A DNA stretch of 20,886 nt, from positions 1 through 20,886 of the forward strand of contig JBDRUX010000038.1 in assembly GCA_039801565.1 (NCBI GenBank), given 5' to 3'. Every line of letters begins with the position of its first letter. Position 1 is the first letter of the stretch. The stretch comes from a candidate division WOR-3 bacterium. GTDB taxonomy: Bacteria > Hydrothermota > Tepidihabitantia > Tepidihabitantales > JAOUPE01. The notes beneath the pieces are model-generated. The model made no database searches and was not told the DNA's origin. It was given only the letters and a program-made list of their open reading frames with translations. Shown piece after piece: positions 1 to 9,605 of the stretch. The position numbers were made by a program, and so were the translations under genes.

Positions 1-71
1 TTTATTTTCATAAGTCTAATTTGTTTAATATATTACTAATTTATTATATTTAGAGAAAACGGAATGTCAAG

Positions 72-291
72 AGCAGCCAGCCTCCGAGCCAACTCCCGAA
101 GTAACCTACGGGGTAGCCCCCTAACCTGCCCCCGAGGTTGCTTCCCAAGTTGCCTACCAAGTCGCTCCGGAGGTCGCCTACAAAGTCGCTCCCCAACCTG
201 CCTACCAACCAGCCCCCGAACCAACTTACGAGGCAACTCCGGAAGTAACCTACGAGGCAATTTAGGGGGTAGCCTACGGGGTAGCCCCCTA
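72..291. repeat. Degenerate 12-bp tandem repeat array (18 units, 72-287)
   Basis: Units in register include ccgaagtaacct, acggggtagccc, ccgaggttgctt, cccaagttgcct, accaagtcgctc, cggaggtcgcct and acgaggcaactc. The exact 19-mer cctacggggtagcccccta occurs at 105-123 and 273-291, 168 bp (14 units) apart. The array is GC-rich with a C-rich + strand, inside very AT-rich flanks. Confidence 0.9.
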
Positions 292-680
292 TACGATACC
301 CCCTCCCCAAGCGAAATTTGATATAAGCCATTAAAATATTAAATACTTAAAAGAAATTTTGGCTTAATTTTAATTCTACTTTTAAGTGGAATAATTAAAA
401 TGCTTTTAGCGAATGAGAATTTAAAATTAAGGACTACAGAAACCCAATATCTATTCCAACTTGCTAACCAGCTACTGTGCCAATTGAACAACCCAAAATT
501 TTCGCTTGATCGGTCTTCGCCGGCATACAATTTAAGCTAATGTGCAAGAATTTTGATTATCATTCATTTAAAGAGAAGCTGATTAAAAAATCTCTCTATA
601 ATGTTATTTCTTTTTTAACTGTTTGCCTCTTGGCCGGCAACTTTTTAAAAATTTAAGCACCAATTTCATAAATTCAATTC

Positions 681-708
681 TTGACTTTTGGTTTTTGGCA
701 ATTAGAAT
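681..708 (+). promoter_or_regulatory. Sigma70-type promoter for the htrA-purB gene run
   Basis: TTGACT (681-686), 16-nt spacer, TAGAAT (703-708), with an AT-rich upstream region. Confidence 0.65.
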
Positions 709-1872
709 ATGATAGTGAGTCGTTTTGCTCTAATTCTTATTGGACTTACGATTTTAATTGTTGCCTTTTTGGGCATCTGGCAGCGATTGCCGGTTCATTC
801 GCAGTTTAACACCGTTACGGCTCAAACTACTCAAATCGATATTACTGCCTCGCGACAAAATGCTATAGTCCAAGCGGCTCAAAAAGTTAGCCCGGCGGTT
901 GTCTCAATTACAGTAACTCAAGTTCGCATTGTCACCACAACTCCTTTTTTCACTGACCCATTTTTTGATGAATTCTTTTCTGATTTTTTCCCAAGACGCC
1001 AATTTCGAGAACAGATTAAAAGTCTTGGCTCCGGCGTAATAATCAGTTCAGACGGTTATATCTTGACCAATAGTCATGTCGTAGAAAATGCCACTAAGAT
1101 TAAAGTGACGCTACCGGATAGCCGACAGTTCGATGCCGAAATTATTGATATTGACCATTCCCAAGACATCGCTTTACTTAAGATAAAGGGCAAAGACTTA
1201 CCTTATGCGGTTATGGGGAATTCTGATAATCTGTTGATTGGCGAATGGGCAATTGCATTAGGTAACCCTTATGGCTTTTTACTTGAGGACACCCGACCAA
1301 CCGTGACAGTTGGTGTCATTTCGGCACTTAATCGAACCGTGAAAGCCGGGCAAAGGGAAGGTAGAATCTATAAAGATATGATTCAAACTGATGCCGCAAT
1401 CAATCGTGGCAATTCCGGTGGACCTTTGGTTAATGCTTTAGGTGAAGTAATTGGCATTAATACCTTTATCTTTTCCCAAGCGGGCGGGTCGGAAGGAATT
1501 GGATTTGCGATACCAATTAATCGGATAAAGAAATTTATTGAAGAGGCGAAAAAGATTGAAACAACCGCAACTAATGAACTGAAGGTGCGAAGAATTAAAA
1601 CCGCTCTCGGTATCACTGTGACCGATATTAATCCAAAACTGGTTCGGAAATATCAATTATATCTCAACAGCGGCGTTTTGGTGATTGAAGTTGAACCAAA
1701 TAAAGTTGGCGAAACAATGGGAATTGAAGTGGGGGATGTTATTCTCTCAATTAATGGTGAGGTCCCAACCGATGCACTTCACTTTGCTCAACTTGCGGCA
1801 AAACCTTACCGACGACTGAATATTTTAATTGACCGTTTTGGCGAGCGGCTACGCTTTTTCTATTCAATTTGA
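709..1872 (+). CDS. htrA: HtrA/DegP-family trypsin-like serine protease with N-terminal membrane anchor and one PDZ domain
   Basis: Catalytic motifs TNSHVV (His), DIALL (Asp) and GNSGGPL (Ser), plus SLGSGVI and IQTDAAIN. Hydrophobic N-terminus and C-terminal PDZ-like segment (LGITV...GIEVGDVILSING). The true start may be GTG at 715. Confidence 0.93.
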   Translation: MIVSRFALILIGLTILIVAFLGIWQRLPVHSQFNTVTAQTTQIDITASRQNAIVQAAQKVSPAVVSITVTQVRIVTTTPFFTDPFFDEFFSDFFPRRQFREQIKSLGSGVIISSDGYILTNSHVVENATKIKVTLPDSRQFDAEIIDIDHSQDIALLKIKGKDLPYAVMGNSDNLLIGEWAIALGNPYGFLLEDTRPTVTVGVISALNRTVKAGQREGRIYKDMIQTDAAINRGNSGGPLVNALGEVIGINTFIFSQAGGSEGIGFAIPINRIKKFIEEAKKIETTATNELKVRRIKTALGITVTDINPKLVRKYQLYLNSGVLVIEVEPNKVGETMGIEVGDVILSINGEVPTDALHFAQLAAKPYRRLNILIDRFGERLRFFYSI

Positions 1873-3185
1873 TGATTCCGCGTTTCACAACTGAAGAAAT
1901 GGCAGGATTATGGTCGGAGACGAATAAATATCAATTCTGGCTAAAGGTTGAACAGGCGGTCGCCCGCGCCCAAGCTCAAATTGGTGTTATTCCAAAATCA
2001 GCTTACAGGAAAATCGCTAAAGCCAAATTTAACCTCAAACAGATTGCAAAGTACGAAGCAAAGACCAAGCACGACCTTGTGGCATTTTTGCGGAGTGTCG
2101 AAACTTCCCTCGGACCCGAGGCAAAATATTTCCATTTTGGTCTAACCTCTTATGATATTGTGGATACCGCGCTTTCTTTACGCTTGATCAAAGCCTGTGA
2201 TTATATCATCCAGGCAATATCGGAATTATTGGTGACAATTCAGAGATTAGCAATTGCCCATAAAGAAACTATAATGATTGGTCGAACCCATGGTATGTAT
2301 GCTCAACCAATCACCTTTGGTTTTAAGTGCTTGTCCTGGTATGAAGAGCTGGCGCGCAATCTCGCTCGGATACAACAGGTTCGTGAAGACCTTCGGTTTG
2401 GCAAAATTGCTGGTGCGGTTGGTACCTATGCCACGGTTTCACCTCAGGTTGAGGCTTTAGCTTTGAAAGAGTTGGGTTTAAAGCCTGAGCCAGTAGCAAC
2501 CCAGGTAATTCCCCGTGACCGGCATGCGGAACTTTTAGCCAATTTAGCAATCCTGGCTGGTGGTTTGGAGCGGATTGCTACGGAAATCCGCAACCTGCAG
2601 CGCAGTGACATTGCCGAACTTGCTGAACCATTTGCCCCGGGCCAGACCGGTTCTTCAGCAATGCCTCATAAAAAGAATCCAGAACTTTCCGAACGTATCT
2701 GCGGTCTTGCCCGGATTGTGCGGGCCAATGCTTTAGCCGGATTAGAAACAATTGCGCTCTGGCACGAGCGAGACTTAACTAACTCCTCGGTCGAACGTAT
2801 CACCTTACCGGATAGCACCACTTTAATCCATTATATGATTAAACTGCTGAATAAGATTTTAACTGGTCTGGTTGTCTATCCGTCTCGGATGGCAAAAAAT
2901 CTTGCCCAAAGCCTTGACCAATATTTTTCCCAAAATCTAATGCTTGCCCTACTAAAGAAAAAAATGGCCAAAACTACCGCTTACCGTTTAACTCAAAAAC
3001 TTTCCTTTGCATCTTCAGAAAAAAAGTTAAGTTTCAAAGAGTTGGCAATGAAAAATTCGCAAGTAAAGAAATATTTAACGGCAAAAGAGTTAGAAAAGGT
3101 CTTCGACTTGAAATTGCTTTTGCGCAATATTGATTATATTTATAAAAGGGTTAATTTAAAAAAGGAAGGAGAGAGCGATGATTGA
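1872..3185 (+). CDS. purB: Adenylosuccinate lyase
   Basis: Fumarase-superfamily signature GSSAMPHKKNP, plus TKHD, HFGLTS, GRTHG and LWHERD. ATG at 1872 overlaps the htrA stop (TGATG); the ORF track starts at TTG 1869. Confidence 0.96.
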   Translation: MIPRFTTEEMAGLWSETNKYQFWLKVEQAVARAQAQIGVIPKSAYRKIAKAKFNLKQIAKYEAKTKHDLVAFLRSVETSLGPEAKYFHFGLTSYDIVDTALSLRLIKACDYIIQAISELLVTIQRLAIAHKETIMIGRTHGMYAQPITFGFKCLSWYEELARNLARIQQVREDLRFGKIAGAVGTYATVSPQVEALALKELGLKPEPVATQVIPRDRHAELLANLAILAGGLERIATEIRNLQRSDIAELAEPFAPGQTGSSAMPHKKNPELSERICGLARIVRANALAGLETIALWHERDLTNSSVERITLPDSTTLIHYMIKLLNKILTGLVVYPSRMAKNLAQSLDQYFSQNLMLALLKKKMAKTTAYRLTQKLSFASSEKKLSFKELAMKNSQVKKYLTAKELEKVFDLKLLLRNIDYIYKRVNLKKEGESDD

Positions 3186-4383
3186 TTTCAGTTTCACTGA
3201 AGAACAAAAAATGGTCCAGAAATTGGTCAAAGATTTTGCTATGAATGAAGTTCAACCTAAGATTCGGGAAAATGACGAAAAGGCATTTTTCGACAAAAAT
3301 ATTCTTAAGCGGATGGCCGAATTGGGAATCTTGGGGATTAGTATTCCTACAAAATATGGTGGAACCGGACTTGATTATATCAGTTTAGGGCTGGCTTGCG
3401 AAGAATTGGAATATGTTGACACTTCACTCCGGGTAATTCTTTCGGTCCATATTGGTCTTAATAGTTTAACGCTTTTGACCTGGGGTAATGAGGAACAGAA
3501 GAAGAAATATCTTGTGCCGCAGGCGAAAGGAGAAAAGATCGCCACTTTTGGTTTAACCGAGCCTAATGCTGGTAGCGATGTTGTTGCCTTAGAAAGTAGA
3601 GCGGAAAGAAAAGGCGATTACTATATTCTGAATGGTGAGAAGATGTGGATTTCTTTAGCCGATGTTGCCGATAATTTTATCGTCTTTGCCTGGACCGACC
3701 TGGCAAAACAGAAAAAGCGCGACCATTCGGGCATCAGTTGCTTCATTCTCGAACGGGGAATGGCAGGACTCACTACCGGCACGATTCATGGTAAATTAGG
3801 GATTAGGGCTGGCAATACTGGTTCAATTACAATGAGTGATGTCAAGGTCCCAAAAGAAAATTTGTTAGGTTTTGAGGGCGAAGGCTTTAAGATTGCAATG
3901 TTTGCCTTAGACCAAGGTCGCTATACGGTTGCGGCTGGGGCAACTGGTTTAATTCGTGCCTGCCTCGATGCTTCAGTGAAATATAGTTTGGAACGTAAGA
4001 CCTTTGGTGTTCCAATTGGTCAACACCAATTGGTTAAGGAGATGATTGCGGATATGCAAGCGAGCTTTGAGATTGCTCGACTACTCTGGCTGAAAGCCGG
4101 TTGGTGTAAAAATCAGGGTTTACGCAATACGAAAGAGACATCGTTAGCGAAATGGTATGCTTGTGAAGCATCGGAACGTGCTGCTTCGAACGCAGTTCAA
4201 ATTTATGGCGCCTATGGTTATGCTAATGATTATCCAGTGGAAAGATTTTTCCGCAATTCGAAAGGTGCTCAGATTTACGAAGGTTCGAGAGAAATCCATA
4301 AAATCTTACAAGCCGATTACGCCTTAGGTTTTCGGATCGACAAACCAACCCGTTGCACCTTGCCGATACCGGAAAAGGAATAA
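3178..4383 (+). CDS. Acyl-CoA dehydrogenase (substrate unassigned)
   Basis: Motifs FGLTEPNAGSD, ILNGEKMWIS, GKLGIRA and QIYGAYGY...YPVERFFR, with IYEG carrying the catalytic Glu. SD-like AAGGAGAG upstream; overlaps the end of purB. Confidence 0.93.
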   Translation: MIDFSFTEEQKMVQKLVKDFAMNEVQPKIRENDEKAFFDKNILKRMAELGILGISIPTKYGGTGLDYISLGLACEELEYVDTSLRVILSVHIGLNSLTLLTWGNEEQKKKYLVPQAKGEKIATFGLTEPNAGSDVVALESRAERKGDYYILNGEKMWISLADVADNFIVFAWTDLAKQKKRDHSGISCFILERGMAGLTTGTIHGKLGIRAGNTGSITMSDVKVPKENLLGFEGEGFKIAMFALDQGRYTVAAGATGLIRACLDASVKYSLERKTFGVPIGQHQLVKEMIADMQASFEIARLLWLKAGWCKNQGLRNTKETSLAKWYACEASERAASNAVQIYGAYGYANDYPVERFFRNSKGAQIYEGSREIHKILQADYALGFRIDKPTRCTLPIPEKE

Positions 4384-4385
4384 CG

Positions 4386-4568
4386 ATGCCAGTGATTTAT
4401 TTAAAATCAGGGGGCTATGTGGAGTGCGAGGGTTATACAATTCGGGATGGTTGCATTAAAGCGGTAAATGTTAGATTCGTGAAGACCGAAATTCCGGATG
4501 AGAACGCAAAACAACCTGAAGCCGCAATTCCGTTAGATAATGTCTTATATGTTTTACCCAAGAAGTGA
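4386..4568 (+). CDS. Small 60-aa hypothetical protein, possible Sm/Hfq-like beta fold
   Basis: ATG 2 nt after the acyl-CoA dehydrogenase stop, with AAGGA upstream; its stop overlaps the hslU start (GTGA). Sequence [17 protein letters not shown]...[15 protein letters not shown]. Confidence 0.75.
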   Translation: MPVIYLKSGGYVECEGYTIRDGCIKAVNVRFVKTEIPDENAKQPEAAIPLDNVLYVLPKK

Positions 4569-5896
4569 GTAAGATGGAAGCGGTTAAAAAACTTAATACC
4601 AAATTTCTTACTCCGGCCGAGATTGTCAAAGAGCTCGACCGTTATATTGTTGGTCAGAAAAAGGCGAAGATGGCAGTGGCGATCGCCTTACGGAATCGCT
4701 GGCGCCGCCAACAAGTGAAAGGGAAACTTCGGGAAGAAATTTACCCCAATAATATCATCCTTATTGGACCAACCGGGGTGGGTAAGACGGAGATTGCCCG
4801 ACGGCTGGCGCAATTGGCGCAGGCACCATTTGTCAAAGTTGAAGCATCAAAATTTACTGAGGTTGGTTATGTCGGTCGCGATGTCGAATCAATGGTTCGG
4901 GATTTAATGGAAATTGGCGTCAATATGGTGAAAGCGGAAAAGACCGCCCAAGTTATGGAGCGGGCAGAGAATTTAGCCCAGCGGAAAATTCTTAATCTTT
5001 TAGCCGGAATTTTGGAAACCGAGACTCGTGACGAACTGAAACAAAAATTAGTCGAAGGGAAACTCGATAATCGGTTAGTGGAAATTGAAGTCGCCAGGCC
5101 TGCTGTTCCCTTTATTGAAGTCTTTTCCCAAGTTGGTGCAGAAGAGATTGGGTTAGAAATTCAAGATGCGATAGCTTCGGTGCTACCCAAACAGTCCAAA
5201 AAACGAAAGGTAACAGTCAAAGAAGCCAAACGAATCTTAACCCAAGAGGAGATGAATAAACTGATTGATATGGATGAAGTGATTGCCGAAGCTAAAAGTC
5301 GGGTGGAGAACTCTGGAATAATCTTTTTGGATGAAATTGATAAGATTGTTGGTGCTTCGGGTACAGTAGGACCGGATGTCTCCAGGGAAGGGGTCCAGCG
5401 TGATCTTTTACCAGTTGTCGAAGGAACCAATGTTTTAACCAAATACGGTATGATTCGAACCGACCATATTCTTTTCATTGCGGCTGGTGCGTTTCATAAT
5501 GCCAAACCATCGGACTTAATCCCTGAACTCCAAGGTCGGTTTCCAATTCGGGTTGAGCTTGATTCTTTAAGTAAGGAGGATTTCCAACGAATTTTGGTTG
5601 AACCCGAAAACTCACTGGTTAAACAATATACCGCATTATTGTCGGCTGAGGATGTTCGATTGGAGTTTACCGAAGATGCTATTCCGGCGATTGCCGAAAT
5701 TGCTGCCGCGGTGAACGAATCAACTGAAAATATCGGGGCGCGTCGGCTCCATACGGTAATGAATGCTTTACTTGAAGAGATCTTATTTCAACTGCCCAAC
5801 CCTTCGGTCCGCGCGGTAAGGATTGATGCGGATTATGTTCGCAATAAATTGAGAAGTATCGTTGCTAATAAGGATTTGAGTCGGTATATCTTATGA
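4565..5896 (+). CDS. hslU: ATP-dependent protease ATPase subunit HslU (ClpY)
   Basis: Walker [18 protein letters not shown] pore motif, Walker [30 protein letters not shown] and C-terminal DLSRYIL. Alternative start is ATG 4574. Confidence 0.96.
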   Translation: MSKMEAVKKLNTKFLTPAEIVKELDRYIVGQKKAKMAVAIALRNRWRRQQVKGKLREEIYPNNIILIGPTGVGKTEIARRLAQLAQAPFVKVEASKFTEVGYVGRDVESMVRDLMEIGVNMVKAEKTAQVMERAENLAQRKILNLLAGILETETRDELKQKLVEGKLDNRLVEIEVARPAVPFIEVFSQVGAEEIGLEIQDAIASVLPKQSKKRKVTVKEAKRILTQEEMNKLIDMDEVIAEAKSRVENSGIIFLDEIDKIVGASGTVGPDVSREGVQRDLLPVVEGTNVLTKYGMIRTDHILFIAAGAFHNAKPSDLIPELQGRFPIRVELDSLSKEDFQRILVEPENSLVKQYTALLSAEDVRLEFTEDAIPAIAEIAAAVNESTENIGARRLHTVMNALLEEILFQLPNPSVRAVRIDADYVRNKLRSIVANKDLSRYIL

Positions 5897-6810
5897 AGAA
5901 AGACCTCTGTTCAATTAGCGATTTGACACTCGAAGAGATTTGTCACCTTTTTAGTCTTTCTCAACAACTGAAAGAAAAGGTCAAAACTGGTTCCTTAACT
6001 AAATTAAAGGACAAAATTGTCGCCATAGTGTTTGAAAAACCGTCTTTGCGGACAAGGGTTACTTTTGAAACCGCAATCTATTCTTTAGGTGGCAATCCAA
6101 TCTATCTCAGCCCTTCGGATATTGGCTTAGGCAAAAGGGAGTCGGTAAAGGATGTTGCCCAAAATCTTTCGCTTTGGGTTTCCGCAATTGTCGCTCGGAC
6201 TTTTGCTCATACGACAATCTTAGAACTGGCTCAACATGCTAATATTCCGGTAATCAATGCTCTATCTGATTTAGAACATCCGTGTCAGGTTTTAGCTGAC
6301 TTTCTTACCATCTTAGAAATTAAGGGTAAGATAGAAAATAGTAAGATTGCTTGGGTTGGTGACGGAAATAATGTCTGCCATTCCCTACTTTTAGGTTCAG
6401 CAATTTTAGGTGCTTCGCTTTTTGTAGCAACCCCCAAAGGTTATGAGCCAAATCGGGAAATTGTCAATAAATCATTAGCATTGGCAAAAAGTAGTCAAGC
6501 TGAGATAAGATTCACCAATGACCCGGTCGAGGCAGTTAAGAATCGGGAATTTATTTACACCGATACCTGGATATCAATGGGTGAGGAGAGTCAAGCGGAA
6601 ATAAAAAAGCCAGCGTTTGCCGGTTTCCAGGTTAATGAGAAATTATTGAAAAATGCGCTACCCGATTATAAGGTGATGCATTGTCTTCCAGCGCATCGGG
6701 GTGAAGAGATTACCGACGAGGTTTTAGACGGTCCCCATTCAATTGTTCTAAAACAGGCTGAGAACCGTCTGCATATCCAAAGGGCAATCCTTGCCGAATT
6801 GCTTAAATGA
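5893..6810 (+). CDS. argF: Ornithine carbamoyltransferase
   Basis: FEKPSLRT carbamoyl-phosphate motif, [19 protein letters not shown] (SMG loop) and [14 protein letters not shown] overlap with the hslU stop. Confidence 0.93.
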   Translation: MKKDLCSISDLTLEEICHLFSLSQQLKEKVKTGSLTKLKDKIVAIVFEKPSLRTRVTFETAIYSLGGNPIYLSPSDIGLGKRESVKDVAQNLSLWVSAIVARTFAHTTILELAQHANIPVINALSDLEHPCQVLADFLTILEIKGKIENSKIAWVGDGNNVCHSLLLGSAILGASLFVATPKGYEPNREIVNKSLALAKSSQAEIRFTNDPVEAVKNREFIYTDTWISMGEESQAEIKKPAFAGFQVNEKLLKNALPDYKVMHCLPAHRGEEITDEVLDGPHSIVLKQAENRLHIQRAILAELLK

Positions 6811-6862
6811 AAAAGAAGTTAGCAAAATTCGCCCACACCGGGTGGACTTTAAAGGAGGTAAG

Positions 6863-9604
6863 ATGAAAAGATTAATAATCTTAACAATAGTAACTATCGG
6901 TATGGTATTGAGTCAATCTGCAGAACAATCTTATCCGGTTGGAATGAAAAGCATAATTAAAAGAACCGCTGAAGGTCAAGCCGTGGCAAAGATTATCATT
7001 GAGACTGGTACAGAAACCATAAGCCTCAATTCTTCGCAAATACCTAAAGATTATTTTCGGTCCGACACCGGTGTTATCTTTGTTGACCGTAACCATCGCT
7101 ATGCAATTGTTGAGGCGATTGGCATTTCGAGTGACGGTATGGGTATCTTTGCCTATTGGGATTTAAATGACGAACGGACCGCCTTCTATCGTTCAACCGG
7201 CACAAATGCCCCAATTTGGGAATATTCGGGTGAATTTAATTGGAACTACGGTGGACATTGGATTGGGATTTCGGATGATGCTTCAGCATTAAGTATTGGT
7301 TCTAATTATAAAGCATATAAATGGTCACGCCATAGCCAATCACCGGATTGGGAATATTCTTATCCTCAATCGGCAAAAAGTTGTGTTTTAGTCACAAAGG
7401 ATGGTAGCAAGGTCGCCGCTGCCACAGGGGATGGAACTCTTTATATATTTGACGCTTTGACTGGTGATATAATTTGGACGGCAACTTTTAATGAAGGTAA
7501 CCGGTTACAAGGATTAGACCTAAATCCAGATGGTTCAATTGTGGTAGTGACTGTATATGATTCTTGTTTTATTTTTGAGAATGGTGTTCGCCGGGCTGGT
7601 TTGCCGATTGGAACTTATAATACCGGAACCCAGTATCCAGCCAAGATTTGTGCCGATGGGCATCTTCTCGTCACTGGCGATTATTACGGTTATGTGAAAC
7701 TTTATCGTTGGACCGGCAGCCAATACAATTTGGTCTGGCAAAGGTATATTGGAACGCCTTGGGTAACTGATGTTGCAATTTCGGCTGATGGTTCAACGAT
7801 TTTGGCAGGCACTGGTTATGCCAACGGCAAAGTTTGTCTTTTCGACTCTGCTTCATCTAATCCACTTTGGCAGTATCAAGGCTATGGTGGCTATGGTGCT
7901 CAAATCGCTTCGGTGGCATTGTCGGCTGATGGTGGTCGGGCTGCGGTTGCGTCTTGGGGTGATACCGCTTTGAGTGGCACAACTTATGTCTTAACGGTTC
8001 ATGACCGAAATTCTGCCCAACCGATTTTTGGTATTACCCGAGACGAAGAACCTGGTTCGCTCTTTGCAGTTGCTATTTCGGACAATGGCGAATTGGTTGC
8101 TGCCGGTGGCAAAGCGGTTCACGCCTATCGTTTTGGTAATGGGGGTGAGGTTTACTCAATTTTAGTTGGTTCAACTTTCACTCATAATGTCGGTGTCACC
8201 GCAATTAATAATCCAAGCCCATATCTTCAAGTCGGTAATCCCATAACACCCCAAGCCACTATTTATAACTTTGGCGACAGCACCGAAACCTTTTGGACAA
8301 TTCTTGCCATATACGATGGTACAAATCATATGATAAGTCGTGATTCTATTACTATTAGTAATCTCAGTCCCCGCACTTCAAGACAAGTGAGTTTTCCTAA
8401 TTTTACACCGCCAGGCTATGATTTTTATAAATTCGTCTTTTGTACCGATTTGATAAACGATGAGTATTCGGGTGATGATACGTTAGGTCTCGTAACCAAA
8501 TGTTTTCATGATGCCAAATGCGAAAAGGTTAGCCCACCATTTAACGAGATGACAATTGGCTATCAATTTAACCCTTCAATCTTGGTTCGGAACAACGGTT
8601 CTTATCCTGATGTAATTACTGGTTATTGTTTGATTCTTGATTCTTTAGGTAACAATATCTATCTTGACTCCGGTCGGACTTCTATGGTCCAACCTGGTGA
8701 TTCAGCAATTCTTACCTTTAGGAGCTTCGCAACTCCTTATATTGGTAATTTGATTGCCTATGGTATAACGCGATTGACCGATGATTTTCTACCGGAAAAC
8801 GATACCTTATACAAATTTTTCCAAGGTTCTTATGAAATTATTTATGACGATGGTACTTACGAAGCGTTCTATTGGGTGGGTAGAAATAATAATGATAAGT
8901 TCTATGTCCGTTTCACACCGACGCTTCAGCCACCGTTTTCAATTCAGGGTGGCAGAATTTATGTCAATATGGCAAATACCCCATTCGACTACGTCATTCT
9001 CTGTAAAGATGCCAATGGTAGACCTGACACCACGGTAATTTTAGCCCGGGTTGAGAATGTATCGACTCCAGTCGCACCAGGTTGGATTGAATTTAACTTT
9101 AATGTTACGATGCTCGATGCTAACGACCTCTGGTTGGTGATGCATTGGCCCAGTGGTTCACCAGCAATGGGCGTTGGTGCTGATGCTAACCCGCCACGAG
9201 ATTATCGTTCTTATTGGTCATCGAATCAAGATACCTTTCAGCTTTGGAGTTTTCATGACTGGATGGCAAGGATTATCCAGAGTCCAGAAATCGGTATAAA
9301 TGAACAGTTACAAGGATTATCAAGGCAGTTAGTTCTTTATCCCAATTTACCCAATCCATTCTATAATCAAACGACAATTGGTTACTCCTTACCCAACGAA
9401 AGTGATGTAACACTACAAATTCTTGATATTACCGGTCGAAATATCAGAACCCTAATTGCGAGCCGACAAAAACCGGGCAGTTATTCGCTAATTTGGAACG
9501 GTCGGGATGAACACAATTATCCTGTGCCAGCAGGTGTCTATTTCCTACAGTTAAAAGCTAACGGGCAGGAAAGAGAAATTAGAAAGATGCTTTTGCTTCG
9601 CTAA
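6863..9604 (+). CDS. Large secreted protein: beta-propeller, Ig/CARDB-like domains and C-terminal FlgD-Ig/T9SS-like sorting domain
   Basis: AAAGGAGG upstream of ATG 6863, so the ORF-track start at 6791 is probably too long. Signal-peptide-like MKRLIILTIVTIGMVLS; repeated VAISADG-type blades; ATIYNFG and VRNNG Ig-type strands; C-terminal PNPF...ILDITGRNIRTL...WNGRD...PAGVYF. Confidence 0.85.
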   Translation: MKRLIILTIVTIGMVLSQSAEQSYPVGMKSIIKRTAEGQAVAKIIIETGTETISLNSSQIPKDYFRSDTGVIFVDRNHRYAIVEAIGISSDGMGIFAYWDLNDERTAFYRSTGTNAPIWEYSGEFNWNYGGHWIGISDDASALSIGSNYKAYKWSRHSQSPDWEYSYPQSAKSCVLVTKDGSKVAAATGDGTLYIFDALTGDIIWTATFNEGNRLQGLDLNPDGSIVVVTVYDSCFIFENGVRRAGLPIGTYNTGTQYPAKICADGHLLVTGDYYGYVKLYRWTGSQYNLVWQRYIGTPWVTDVAISADGSTILAGTGYANGKVCLFDSASSNPLWQYQGYGGYGAQIASVALSADGGRAAVASWGDTALSGTTYVLTVHDRNSAQPIFGITRDEEPGSLFAVAISDNGELVAAGGKAVHAYRFGNGGEVYSILVGSTFTHNVGVTAINNPSPYLQVGNPITPQATIYNFGDSTETFWTILAIYDGTNHMISRDSITISNLSPRTSRQVSFPNFTPPGYDFYKFVFCTDLINDEYSGDDTLGLVTKCFHDAKCEKVSPPFNEMTIGYQFNPSILVRNNGSYPDVITGYCLILDSLGNNIYLDSGRTSMVQPGDSAILTFRSFATPYIGNLIAYGITRLTDDFLPENDTLYKFFQGSYEIIYDDGTYEAFYWVGRNNNDKFYVRFTPTLQPPFSIQGGRIYVNMANTPFDYVILCKDANGRPDTTVILARVENVSTPVAPGWIEFNFNVTMLDANDLWLVMHWPSGSPAMGVGADANPPRDYRSYWSSNQDTFQLWSFHDWMARIIQSPEIGINEQLQGLSRQLVLYPNLPNPFYNQTTIGYSLPNESDVTLQILDITGRNIRTLIASRQKPGSYSLIWNGRDEHNYPVPAGVYFLQLKANGQEREIRKMLLLR

Positions 9605-9605
9605 A

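Noticed and set aside
72..291. CRISPR array or DGR template repeat
   Set aside because: There is no repeat-spacer alternation, no cas or reverse transcriptase gene, and no second copy differing only at adenines in the window.
36..331. Three overlapping ORFs (36-260 -, 50-331 -, 64-321 +)
   Set aside because: They stay open because of the GC-rich 12-bp periodicity. The products are low-complexity, have no clear RBS, and none can be favoured as a real gene.
339..530. 63-aa - strand ORF
   Set aside because: It lies in AT-rich intergenic DNA, has a TTG start, and shows no recognisable motif or RBS.
5893..6810. Acetyl- or succinyl-ornithine transcarbamylase, suggested by SLRT instead of STRT
   Set aside because: The SMG loop and HCLPAHRG motif are typical of ordinary OTCase.
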